Shown in pieces: positions 13,925 through 25,538 of a stretch of 64,000 bases of DNA. This DNA comes from Squalus acanthias (taxonomy: Eukaryota): the NCBI GenBank assembly GCA_030390025.1, contig CM059433.1, positions 20,896,001-20,960,000 of the forward strand, read 5' to 3'. The notes below the pieces were generated by a model that saw nothing but the letters and a program-made list of their open reading frames with translations, was not told the DNA's origin and searched no databases. The position numbers and the translations under genes were made by a program. Positions within the stretch are counted from its first letter, which is position 1. Every line of letters starts with the position of its first letter.

Positions 13925-14133
13925 GCCATGATGTGGAGATGCTGGCGTTGGACTGGGGTGGACAAATGTGAGAAGTCGCACAACACCAGGTTATAGTCCA
14001 ACAGCTTTATTTGAAATCACAAGCTTTCGGAGCGCTGCTCCTTCGTCACCTGACGAAGGAGCAGCGCTCCGAAAGCTTGTGATTTCAAATAAAGCTGTTG
14101 GACTATAACCTGGTGTTGTGCGACTTCTCACAT
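13925..14133. mobile_element. Penelope-like family A fold-back insertion
   Basis: Perfect 83-bp inverted arms (13966-14048, 14051-14133); 15-bp duplication CACATCTTTCAGGTA at 13910-13924 and 14129-14143. Confidence 0.85.
14046..14082 (+). ncRNA. Minimal type I hammerhead ribozyme motif (family A)
   Basis: TCAC-CTGACGA-A-GGAGC agc GCTCC-GAAA-GC-TT-GTGA. Confidence 0.75.
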
Positions 14134-14377
14134 CTTTCAGGTAAGTTTAGATTTTTGCTTTCGGACTTTTTTTTTGACATTTTATTGGAGTAGTGGCCTG
14201 GTGCAATACATTTAAAAAGTTGTTAAAGTGTGCAGGGATGCAGCTGGATGTTTCCAAGGCTTTGGCTGTTAAAGGAAGGCCTCTGAGAAGACCACTTGCT
14301 CCCAGTCCTGGGGGCTCTAGTTGCAGTCCCCCTTGGGCTGCAGCATCACATGGAGATGGAGCAGAGGCAGCAAAGGG

Positions 14378-15497
14378 GACAACAACAACTTGTATTTATA
14401 TAGCGCCTTGAATGTAGTAAAACGTCCCAAGGCACTTCACAGGATTATTATAAGACAAAAAATTTGACACCGAGCCATAGAAGGAGAAATTAGGGCAAAT
14501 GACCAAAAGCTTGGTCAAAGAGGTTGATTTTAAGGAGCGTCTTAAAGGAGGAAAGGGAGGCAGAGAAGCGGAGAGGTTGATGGAGGGAATTCCAGAGCTT
14601 AGGACCTAGGCAACTGAAGGCACGGCCACCAATGGTGGAGCGATTATAATCAGGGATGCTCAAGAGGGCAGAATTAGAGGAGCGCAGATATCTCGGGGCG
14701 GGGGTTGTGGGGCTGGAGGAGATTACAGAGATAGGGAGGGGCGAGGCCATGGAGGGATTTGAAAACAAGGATGAGAATTTTGAAATCGCGGTGTTGCTTA
14801 ACCGGGAGCCAATGTAGGCCAGCGAGCACAGGGTTGATGGGCGAATGCGACTTGCGAGTTAGGACATGGGCAGCAGAGTTTTGGATGACCTCAAGTTTAC
14901 ATAGGGTATAACGTGGGAGGCCAGCCAGGAGTGCATTGCATAGTCAAGTCTAGAGGCAACAAAGGCATAGATAAGGGTTTCAGCAGCGGATGAGCTGAGG
15001 CAAGGGCCGAGACGGGCGATGTTACGGAGGTGGAAATAGGCGGTCTTAGTTATGACACCAAGGTTGCGAACAGTGTGGTTCAGCCTCAGACAGATGTTAG
15101 AGAGAGGGATGGAGTCAGTGGCTAAGGAACGGAGTTTGTGGCGGGGACCGAAAACAATGGCTTCGGTCTTCCCAATATTTAGTTGGAGAAAATTTCTGCT
15201 CATCCAGAACTGGATGTCAGACAAGCAGCCTGACAATTTAGAGACTTGGAGGGGTCGAGAGAAGTGGTGGTGAGGAAGAGCTGGTGTCGTCAGTGTACAT
15301 GTGGAAACTGATGCTGTGTTTTCGGATGATGTCGCTAAGAGACAGCATGTAGATGGGAAATAGGAGGGGCCAATGATAGATCCTTGGGGGACACCAGAGG
15401 TAACGATGTGGGAGCAGGAAGAGAAGCCATTGCAGGTGATTCTCTGGCAACGGTTAGATAGATAAGAATGGAACCAGGCGAGTGCAGTCCTACCCAA
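14378..15497 (-). mobile_element. L2 LINE fragment
   Basis: GVPQGSIIGP, WMSRNFLQLNIGKTE, KTAYFHLRNIARL; (TTG)n tail. Confidence 0.9.
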
Positions 15498-15499
15498 CT

Positions 15500-16430
15500 G
15501 GACGAAGGGTCATCGACCTGAAACGTTGGGCTGGATTTTGTCAGCCCCGAGGAGGCAGGTATGGAGGCGGGACTGCCAGTAAAGATGCAGAAAGTGGGGG
15601 CGGATAGCAAACCGAGTCCTTTTGCCAGGAGGTGGGAAGATGTCCTGCTTTGGGTCCCGTCTCCTCGAGGCGGGAAAGGGATTAAATCCTTTTAACTGCC
15701 TGTTAACAGGTAGTTAACAGGCAGAAAAAAGGATTAGTCCCATTTTACCTTTTCAGGTGAAGGCTTCCCGACCTCAGAGAACCCCGTCAGGTTGGAGGAG
15801 TCGAGTAGGAGGTCTGCGGGGGTCGGAGGGGCCTGAAAGTGAGATGTAGAGGTGAGTGATGGGTGCTAGTGTGGAGTGGTAAGTATGTGAGGTGAGTGTT
15901 AAGTGTTAGAAAATGTTCACTTACCTTTGTTTCTGCCTACAACCTTTAGCCACGGTGGTTCCGGAGTCCCGACATCTGCATTGTAGATTTCACAGACTGG
16001 CTGTTGGATCCTCCGAACCAACAGTCATCTGCTTTCTACAAAGTTGAAAGGTTTGATGAGTCCTGAACACAAGGACTCATCAAACTACACAGAATGTCAG
16101 TGTTTGACAGCTTCACAGAGCTGTCTAACGCTGACATTTCTTCTTTCAAGAAGTCTTGACAGATGGCACGTCAGACGTTGACGTGCTCTGTCAGTGACTT
16201 CCCCCTTTTGGCCTGCTGAGCCCACAGGGCGGGCTTAACAAGGTCAATCAGGGGAAAATCCCGCTGTTTGGCCAAAACATGATGGAGGCGGGACTGAGAC
16301 CCGAGAAGCAGCAGTCCCGCCTCCAGCACGTCTCCATTCACAAAATCCAGCCCGTTAACTCTGTTTCTCTCTCTACAGATACTATCTGACCTGCTGAGTA
16401 TTTCTAGTATTTTCTGTTTTTATTTCATAT
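15500..16430 (+). mobile_element. Penelope-like family B terminal fragment split by a MITE
   Basis: GACGAAGGGTCATCGACCTGAAACGTT resumes as GTTAACTCTGTTTCTCTC at 16354; matches 31579-31684. Confidence 0.8.
15528..16353. mobile_element. PIF/Harbinger MITE, 826 bp
   Basis: Perfect 14-bp TIR GGGCTGGATTTTGT; TSD GTT. Confidence 0.9.
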
Positions 16431-17359
16431 CTAGCACCGTTGTTGTGAGTTTTATTGCGCAGCTTAAATCTATCTTCGTTGCGATTGCGCTTTATTGTAC
16501 AGATTTCTAGGTACAATTTTTGAAACCCTAACCAAGCATTGCCTATTTTGCATCTCAGTAGGACAAAAGTTGTTATATGGGAAAATGATGAAAGCTCGCA
16601 TGACATAACAAGTACTGGAATATTAAAAAGGTTTGATCAGTGTGATGCTATTTGTTGTGGTTGTTCAGCAATAGCTTAACACCACTGACCTTGAAAATTG
16701 TGGCTGGCAAAACTGTGAAGGAGAGACCTTTAGATCTTCTGTAAAAGATTCTGCCTGAGAACCAACCTAACTTCTGACATGAACGTGGATTCTATTTGCT
16801 AACTCCCAAAGCAAGGCCATTATATCGAAGTAACTGCTGTTTCACAATGTAGAATATATTTTGAAAACACCTAACAAGAAAGGGGTAATTAGGCTGAAAG
16901 GACAGAGAGTTTCCTTTGCCTTGACTTTCTGTCTGAAATGATCCAGGCATAGAAAATAATTTACCCAAGTGAATAATTGATTAAGAGCTAGTGGTTTGAA
17001 GAAAGACGTCTTTTTGCTGAACATGCTTGAACAGCATCAGCTCCTTTTCCTTTAATTTGCCTTTGGAAGTGGAGCAGCTTGCCTGTACTCAGGACACATC
17101 TGACCTGATTACAAGTCCCCAGAAAGATAAGTCACGACTGGTGTAAGCCAGTTTACCCCTTAGAAGACCTGGATACTTACTGTTCATATAGCCATTAGAT
17201 GCTTTGGACACAAGCAACTTCAATTAAGTTTTCACTGCATTTGATCTCAGTTTCAAATAAGTCGATGTTCTTTTTGATACTGTAATTGTAGTGCTGTTGC
17301 TGAGATAATACTCAACCTACCTCGAACAGCAATCATTTTACTGGTTTATCTTCATTTAA

Positions 17360-17720
17360 TTAACCAGGCTGTTGCTGATATACGCAGCCTCCTGCAACAG
17401 AACCTGCTGACCCAGATGGCCATCCTTTGCCAGTGGCTGTCAAAGTCACCATCACCCTTAACTTTTTGGCCTCAGGCTCCTTCCAGGCTGGTAAAGGGGA
17501 GAGCACCCCGCATCTCCTTGTTTGCAGTGCTGTTGAAGCAAAGGTTCACGTGCCTAGGATATGTCTGGGGGCTCACTCCAATATGCCCCACACAAAGTCT
17601 ATCACATTATTGAAGTGTGCTGCATGTTGTATAACATGGCAATACAGAGAGGAATGCAGTTGGAGGAGACAGAGCAACAGGACGAGTCGTCACCTGAAGA
17701 AGAAGAATTGGATGATGTAA
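17360..17720 (+). pseudogene. Internally deleted Harbinger (HARBI1-like) transposase remnant
   Basis: PVAVKVTITLNFLASGSFQ (N-terminal part) joined to LLKQRFTCL / SGGSLQYAP...VCCMLYNMAI...acidic tail (C-terminal part), with frameshifts. Confidence 0.8.
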
Positions 17721-18035
17721 TATATGTGGGCAGAACAAATGAAGGACAGAGACACGATGAGTTGCTAGTCAAGGTGCTTGTTTACGAGGCCAGAGTGAAC
17801 TGAGCATGCTCATACAAAACCATGTGACAAACCACGTGATAATACATTACAGATGAACGTGAGTGAGTACCAGAAGAAGGAGGGCGAGCACAATGCCAGA
17901 GAAGCCAGGGATCAGTTGATCTGCTCATTCTCCTCCCCTCTGCATTAACAGTCCTTGTTACCCCCTTCACCACTCCCTTAAAGCTGCATTAATGAACATT
18001 GAAACCATTCAACCAACTTTCATGTGAATGTCATA

Positions 18036-18148
18036 AAAAGAAAGAAGACTTACATTTATATAGCGCCTTTCACGACCACCAGATGTCCCAAAGCACTTTT
18101 ACAGTCAATTAAGTACTTTTTCTTGAAGTGTAGTCACTGTTGTAATGC
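18036..18148 (-). mobile_element. Deu-SINE 3' fragment
   Basis: Matches the tail of 29016-29491. Confidence 0.75.
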
Positions 18149-18344
18149 ATATTGACAATGCAGACTCAGAAGCTGCTATGAAAAGACAGCACAGACTGAA
18201 GTGCTAAATGTGATAAAGGCGATTATTTAATACCAAACACAATCATTGCCTTGAATTAACCTATCACCCAAGTGTCAACCGACGGTGCCTTTCTTCAAAG
18301 AAGGTTTACTAAATCTACGACTCCTGGAGTGGACTGCCTCAAAG

Positions 18345-18535
18345 GGTGGTGGAGGCAGATTCAATCGTGGCTTTCAAAAGGGAATTGGATAAGTACCTGA
18401 AGGGAAAAAAATTGCAGGACTACGGGGAAAGGGCGGGGGAGTGGGACTAGCTGAAGTGCTCTTGCAGAGAGCTGGCATGGGCTCGACGGGCCGAATGGCC
18501 TCCTTCTGTGCTGTAACCATTCTATGATTCTGTGA
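18345..18535 (+). mobile_element. CR1 3' fragment
   Basis: VVEADSIVAFKRELDKYL; GGGCCGAATGGCCT motif; ATTCTATG tail. Confidence 0.85.
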
Positions 18536-18994
18536 TTTCCATGGGGGTTCTCCCAACCGTTTAAGCCATTTCTCCTGGGTTTCTGCAGATCTTCCGCCAA
18601 ACTTCCATTTGACAATCGGGAGAACCCGCGCAAAAATTCAACCCCCACGTTCTACGTCGTAACTGCAGACCTTATCCTGAAGGTGACCTTTAAAAGTTAA
18701 GAATGTTCTCCATATTTTTGATCAGAAAATAAATCCCCCCTTTCAGGTAGAGCGACTTAGAATTTGTACCGTTGGAGTTTATTTACCTCACTTGGTGTCC
18801 TCCATAAAATCTCCTTTTTGTTCCATTACCAGTTGGTAGATATATTCCTCTTTTGCTTTGTTATCCACAGTCTCTAGTTCAGACTTTTTTTCTATGTTCT
18901 CCTCTTCTCACTTTCCTTCTCTCAGGCGCTGCCCTTTAAAAGCTTCTTCTGTCAGTCGCTGTCCTTTTCATTTTACTGCTCCCCTTTTAAATGA

Positions 18995-19083
18995 CTTCAC
19001 CTGACGAAGGAGCAGCGCTCCGAAAGCTTGTGATTTCAAATAAAGCTGTTGGACTATAACCTGGTGTTGTGCGACTTCTCACA
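18995..19083 (+). mobile_element. Penelope-like family A short insertion
   Basis: Same sequence as the arm at 14046-14133; flanked by TTTAAATGA duplication (18986-18994, 19084-19092). Confidence 0.85.
18997..19033 (+). ncRNA. Minimal hammerhead ribozyme motif (family A)
   Basis: Identical core and stems to 14046-14082. Confidence 0.75.
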
Positions 19084-19464
19084 TTTAAATGATCTGATAT
19101 CCGTTGGTGCCTCTCGTAGAAAGTTCTGGAGAGAAGAGTCCTCCCAGGAGGTAGAATCGTCTTCGGTTCCTGCAGGCAAGCTCTTAAGGTGTAGGTTGTT
19201 AAGCTGCCATTCTCCCTGGACGGTTCACAGTACGGTTTGTGACTTCTCCGACCCTGCTCAGGATGGGAACCGTGTGATGCAGGGCTACACCTGCCCACGC
19301 TTAAAGCTGACCGAGGACTGCAAGAATTTGGAAGTTTGTATGGGAAAAGCTTGGACCTGGTCAGTGTAGATTTTGAAACCCAAATATGGAGAAAGCAGAC
19401 GCCAGGTCCAAACGTTGATGGTCCGCGTAAAACAGGGCTGGTTGTCATGTATGCACCACTCGGA

Positions 19465-21532
19465 AGGCGTTTGACAAAGTACCACATAGAAGGCTGGTTA
19501 ACAAAATTGAGGCTCATGCAATAGGTGGGTCAGTGGCAGCTTGCATAAGGAATTGGTTTAAGGACAGAAAACAGCGAGTTGTGGTAAATGGCTGTTTTTC
19601 AGACTGGAGGATGGTAGACAGTGGTGTTCCCCAAGGGTCAGTGCTGGGGCCACTGCTTTTTTTAATATATATAAATGACCTGGATATTGGAATACAGAGT
19701 AGAATTTCTAAATTTGCTGATGACACCAAACTTGGGGGTGTGGCAAACAGTGATGATGATACCAATCGACTGCAACAGGACATAGAAAGGCTAGCAGAAT
19801 GGGCAGACTTATAGCAGATGGAATTTAATACAGAGAAGTGTGAGGTGATGCATTTTGGCAGAAGGAGCAAGAAGAGGCAATATACACTTAATGGCACAGT
19901 TTTAAAGAGTGTGCAGGGACAGAGGGACCTGGGAGTTAATGTGCATAGGTCCCTGAAGGTGGTAGGACATATTGAGAGAGTAGTTAACAAAGCACATGGG
20001 ATCTTGGGCTTCATAAATAGAGGTATTGAGTACAAAAGTAGAGAAGTTATGCTGAACCTTTATAAAGTGTTGGTTAGGCCACAACTGGAGTATTGCATCC
20101 AGTTCTGGTCACCATACTTTAGGAAGGATGTGAAGGCACTTGAGAGGGTGCAGAGTAGATTTACTAGAATGGTTCTGGGGATGGGGGATCTTAGCTACAA
20201 GGACAGGTTGGAGAAGTTGGATTTGTTTTCATTAGAGCAAAGGAGGTTGAGGGGTGATTTGATAGAGTTGTACAAGATCATGACGGGTTTGGATAGGCTA
20301 GACGGGGAAAGTCTGTTCTCACTAGTTGATGGTACAAGGACTAAGGGACACAGATTTAAGGTTTTAGGCAAGAGATACAGGGGGGATGTGAGGAAAAACA
20401 TTTTTACACAGCGAGTGATGATGACCTGGAATTCGCTGCCGACGGAAGTGGTGGAAGCGAAGACACTCAGGGGTAGAAATTAGGTCGCGCCCCATTTGGG
20501 GCGCAAATATCGTCTGGACGCAAATATTAGCGCCTGGCGCTAATTATCGGCACTGACTGGAAACTTCACTTTTACCGCCCCAGGAGGTGAGTGGAGCGCT
20601 AAAGCAGGCGCTGCACACCTGTCTTAAGGCGCAAAGGCCGAGCAGTGAGGCGCTAACTCAGAGCGCTGGCGAAGCTCATGTAATGTCAGTCAGCAATGGA
20701 ACACACACACAATGGCACGGGCCAGTTCTTAAAGGGGATGGTTAATCTTGCTTTCCATCCACATCCTGTTCATTGCAGCCTTGAATCTCGGCCTGGAGAG
20801 ACTTGCACATCAAATGTGCTGGAAAGAACAATGGAGAGTACCAGGCAAAGAGCTCAGAGTGCAGCTCCCACAGTCTCTGCTAAATCGATACAAGGAATGG
20901 CAAATCAAAATGAACCTGCAAAGTGCTGCTCAGTACCCAAAACTCCTTCACACAACGTTGAATCTCTCCAGAAGTCTCTCCCTCTCTCTCTCAGAATGCG
21001 TAGTTCAAAAATGCCACCAACAATAAAAGACAGGAAGAGGCCCCCTTTAAATAGCGCCCCCCCCCCCCCAGCCCCACAGCGATTGATAGCGTTCAAGTCT
21101 TCTGGTCGTTGGATGCGCCAGGCGGTAAGGCAGGGGGCGCCACTCAATTTCCGCGCCGGGGCGCCACAAGGGCGTTGCACCATGGAATGACGTCACAATC
21201 TGCGCGCGCAGGTGGTCGCAGCGGTAAAGTTTAGCGCCGCCGCACAATGTCAAGTTAAGTTCCCGAGCGGCGCAAACATCGCTGCGCCCGGGCGTTAGCG
21301 GCTTTGCGCCCCATTAGCGCCCTCTTAAGGCGCTAACGGGCAGGCGCAACCAACTGAATTTTTACCCCTCAATGTTTTCAAGGGGAGACTGGATAGGCAC
21401 TTGAGGGAAATAAACGTGCAGGGCTACGGGGCTAGAGTGGGGGAATGGGACTGACTGGATTGCTGTACAGAGAGCCGGCATGGACTCGATGGGCCGAATG
21501 GCCTCGTTCTGTGCCGTTATGTCTCTATGACT
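19465..21532 (+). mobile_element. CR1 LINE fragment split by MITE 20470-21368
   Basis: GVPQGSVLGPLLF, KFADDTK, LVRPQLEYCIQFWSP; frame VEAKTL|NVFKGRLD resumes after the MITE. Confidence 0.95.
20470..21368. mobile_element. PIF/Harbinger MITE, 899 bp (copy 2)
   Basis: Same TIRs as 3176-4070; TSD TCA. Confidence 0.9.
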
Positions 21533-22110
21533 GTGGTTTTCAATGGATTCCACTGTCACGTGCAGGTTGGGCTGCAGATAGATGCTTGCACTAGTTCTAG
21601 CATGGCCTTGTAACTCGAAGTGTAGTTCCTTGCTTAAAAGCTCTTTTCCCTTTCTCCAATAGATGGGGACTTTTTGTGGGCTCTGGTTTGAGAAGGTTCA
21701 GGTTAGTCTGTGGGAAGTGAGGGGCGATCAGCTTTTCTCTCTATTTTCTGTCATCCACGTTATTTGGAGACCGCACCTGTGTTTGGGAATTAATTGATCT
21801 TTGAAGTAAAGTTCAATTTAGGGTTCGAGAAATCTGGTGCTCAAGGAATGTGGACTGATAGGGGGAAAAATTGGGTTGCTTTGCGCAAAGCACCTAGCGC
21901 CTGGGCGCGGCGCGAAATTCAGCGGGAGGTTAGCGGTGGCAGTAGCCAGTAGCGCCCTGTGGCGGGAGGTAGGCCTGTAATACCACGGCGCTACGTGCTG
22001 ATGCGCGTGACGCTGTTGCACATAGCGGCGCGATATTGAACGGTAGCGCCCCAGGAAGAAGGTGGAGCGCTTCCAATTGCTCCTCAGTCATGGCTTTTTC
22101 AAGATATTTA

Positions 22111-22837
22111 GGGGTGAAATTGGTTGCCTTTGCGCTAACTGGGCGCAAATGGCTTTGTGACCGGTCGCGGCGCTGACATCGACTCCCGCCATATTCGACG
22201 GGAGTTTTGCGGCAGCGCTACAGCGTTGCGCCCCGATCTCCTTCACCCGGAGATCGTGACGTCATCGCCGTGCGCATCGCCCCGGTCGCGCCCCAGACCC
22301 AAAATTGATTTTCCGCCCCCTGCAGCAGCGCCGGTCGAAAACACCGACAGTTGCAGGAGGCGTGCATCAGGCGGCCGGCCGCTTTGGGGGCGATGATTAA
22401 AGGCGAGGTGGCCAAGGTAAGTGGAAAAAAACTTACCTTTCTTGTCCCAGTTTTTTTCTCGGGTTCCTGCCCACAATCGATCAGCCCGGCGCTCTGCTTG
22501 AGTGCCGGGCTGATCGCACGGGATCGCGGCTGCCTTGGTGGTCCAGGTAGGGTACTTTTTCTATTGCAGAGCCTGCAGCGATGGCCCTTCCCTTTAAGGG
22601 AGGGAAGGAGCCTTTGAACGCGGCAGCGCTGCACGGCCCAGTGTGCAGCGCTGCTGAAGTCTCCGCCCCGCCTGCTGCCAATTGCGCTCCAAGAAGGAAG
22701 TGAAGCTTGATTTAGCTCTCCACTTCCTTCCTGGAGCGCAAATGGCTAATTTTTCAAAAGTTTGAAATCGTTAGCACCTAACTTTTCAAACTTTTAAAAT
22801 TAGCGCCCCAAACGGGGTGATAGTGAACTTCTCCCCC
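22111..22837. mobile_element. GC-rich Harbinger-type MITE
   Basis: GGGGTGAAATT...AACTTCTCCCCC; inverted homolog of 58375-59135; a related fragment lies at 21861-22080. Confidence 0.75.
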
Positions 22838-23461
22838 ACGTTCTCCCAAAGTGGCCACACTTCCAAGAATGAAAACTCGGAAGCTTCTTGCAGTCCACTG
22901 ATAGTAGTTGGGCAAGAACTCTAAGATATTGCTCTACATTTACAATCTGCATTATTCAAACCTGTGCATTTGCATACTGCAAAATCTAGATGAGAGTCAC
23001 ATGATCCCAGAAAGACTGAAACCATTAGGCTTCAGCTCATTATGGCCCCGTGTAGCCTGAGTCCTGGGAGAGCGACTCCAAAGCAATCTCCCTGAATTCC
23101 TTCCCCATATTTGTTTGATGTCTGCCGCCCCTCTCCTGCAGGCCTATTGGGGACTGATGGCAAATGGTCAAATAGCAGCACTGGCACAACATAGGTGAGG
23201 AGATTTTTCACTTCAACGTGCCATTGACTGCGTGAGACCTGCGAGTCAGCAGTGACTAACACCCTAATAATGTAAACACACCCGAGAATATTGTGAAATG
23301 GGAATACTACATGTCCAGTAGAGTTTGTGCTATCGAGCAATTACTACTAGCAAATAAATATGTACCTGATCACTCGGTCAGTGATGGCAAAGAACAAATT
23401 GCGTAATTACAGGAGAACTGCAATACTAAATACCTAATTCACATGTTATTATCTATATTAG

Positions 23462-23530
23462 CAGCTCTTTTATCACTTTGTGAACCAGCCACTTATTTTA
23501 GATCACAGACTTAAAGCTCCCAAGAATGAG
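23462..23530 (+). other. Possible internal exon, unassigned
   Basis: AG acceptor(s) and strong GAG|GTGAGT donor around an open frame QLFYHFVNQPLILDHRLKAPKNE; protein not recognised. Confidence 0.15.
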
Positions 23531-24555
23531 GTGAGTGCAAACCTCTACTGTTTTGGCTGGCAAATTAACGTTTTCAAAAGAAGCTGATCGAACAGCTAAG
23601 CTGCCAACTTTTAACACTGAACACTTCAATTTAAAATGCAGATTCGGATAAAATAGGAATCACAAACACAGCAAAATCTTTTTATCACAAATATATAGCT
23701 TGTTTTACAATATTTGGTTATCTATATCTGCACCGATAATCCTCAATCCCAATCTTAACCTGATATTCACCCAGCTCTTTTGTGACCGATGTAATCAACA
23801 GAACATTAACTGCCTGTGCTCCAAAACTCTTCGACAATTGTGTATCAGTTGACGTGCGGGGAAACAATTGCCCTAATCGCCACTCTCACTTCAAGCTTGC
23901 TGGTTCTCCACTTGTGTCCCTGGTTCTGTGACTATGGTTGAAGTTAGATAACCTTCTTTATTTTACATTATCTATGCCTCCCAGCGTTTTAAAGATTTGA
24001 AACACATGTCATCTTGATCTGTTTTGCTCCGATGGAAGTTCTATATGCGAGCTTCTCTCAGAATTTAGCATTTTAAGTCCAGTATTCATCTCTTTGCTGT
24101 TACTCTCTGAATCTTCTCTGATAAATCAACATCCTTTTGAAGGGAGGATGCTTAAAATTGCACATAATGCTCCAAATGTTATACACATTTAAATAATAAT
24201 TTTCTCCTCAGATGCTCTTGAGTTCCACCCCAGTACTTGATTCGCCTGTTAGCAACTGTACGACTGTGAAATAAAATGGGTTTTAAGTTTTATTTTTATG
24301 CTGAGAAGAAAGTTAAAAGTGTGTGTTTGTGGAGGCTGGATAGAACAGGGATGGACTCCACTGACGTGCTTCCACAGTCAAATTGCCTGCTAACCCTCAC
24401 TGTCTATGTTCGTACATGAAGAATGGCAGTTTGACTGAGTTGCTGGAGGATACTTGGTGGCTGGAAAGCTACCCCAGCATGAGACACTGCCTTCAGGACA
24501 AGAGGGCAGGGAAAATTGGAAGTAAATTTGATTGGTTAATATGATCAATCTTCCA

Positions 24556-25297
24556 GGTCTGAATTTTGGTGGGGGGGGCTCCGAAGCGGTCGGGAAACCC
24601 GGGAGAACGGGTTTTCTCCAGGCCCTGCTGAATTTAACGGCGGGGCCTGATTTGCATGGGAAACCTCTCTTTCCCAGCCACAGCCAGCCAGATTGAGAGG
24701 CTGGCTGGCTGTGGGCAGGTAGGCCTGTGGCACTAGGCCGGAGAGAGGAGGGAGGAAGGGAGGGATTGCATGGGGGCTGGGGGGGTGCGGCCAGAGGAGC
24801 ACGGGGAGGACTGGAGGAGCAGCACGGGGAGGTGATCGGGAACAATCGGGGGATGGGAGCAGCATAGGGAGGGGAGGCATCGGGGGGGGATCAGAGGCCT
24901 GGAGGGGATTGGAGACCTCATTGGGGGGGGTCGTCGATCGTGGGGGGCGGGTTAGTCAGGGATGCTGGATCCAGGAGGTAGGTGTAAAGCCACTTACCTC
25001 CTGGATCCAGCAGTCCTTGCCTTACTTTAGCTGGCGAGTTTCACAAGGCCTGCAAAACCCGACCAGCTAAGTTAAATTCAAAATGAAGGTTAAATCAGAG
25101 GCTTCCAGCCTCATAATGATATTAAAATAGACAACCCACCTCCTGGGAGCAGGCTGTTTGCCTGCCCACCCCCCTGCACCCGTCCCACCTCCGTTAAAAC
25201 CAGAAGTGGGCGGGTTGTAGTCGGGATTCAGATTTTTAACACTTTAACTACCCACCCGAACCAAACCCACCCATTATTTTAGGTTAAAATTCCCTTC
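24556..25297. mobile_element. Harbinger-type MITE (family of 4093-5001, opposite orientation)
   Basis: Colinear similarity with 33528-34850; degenerate ends. Confidence 0.75.
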
Positions 25298-25538
25298 TAA
25301 TGTTGATGGTGCACGTAGCCTGCACCATGTATATATGATAAAATATCAAATATAACAACTTCCAATTGCATAGCATTTTTAATGTAGTAAAACATCCCAA
25401 GGGCACTTCATAGCTATGTAATCAGACAAAAATTTGTTTCTGTCTGACAAAAAATGTTTCTTTATATCTGTTAAAAGTTAGAAGATAATTGTATTTGATT
25501 TTCTTTATTTTATAAGTATTGAACTTTACTGTAGACAC

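Larger units (their letters stand above)
13560..14380 (+). mobile_element. Harbinger remnant (transposase-side end), interrupted by a Penelope insertion
   Basis: 14190-14380 and 13670-13920 match the reverse complement of 31010-31497. Confidence 0.65.
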
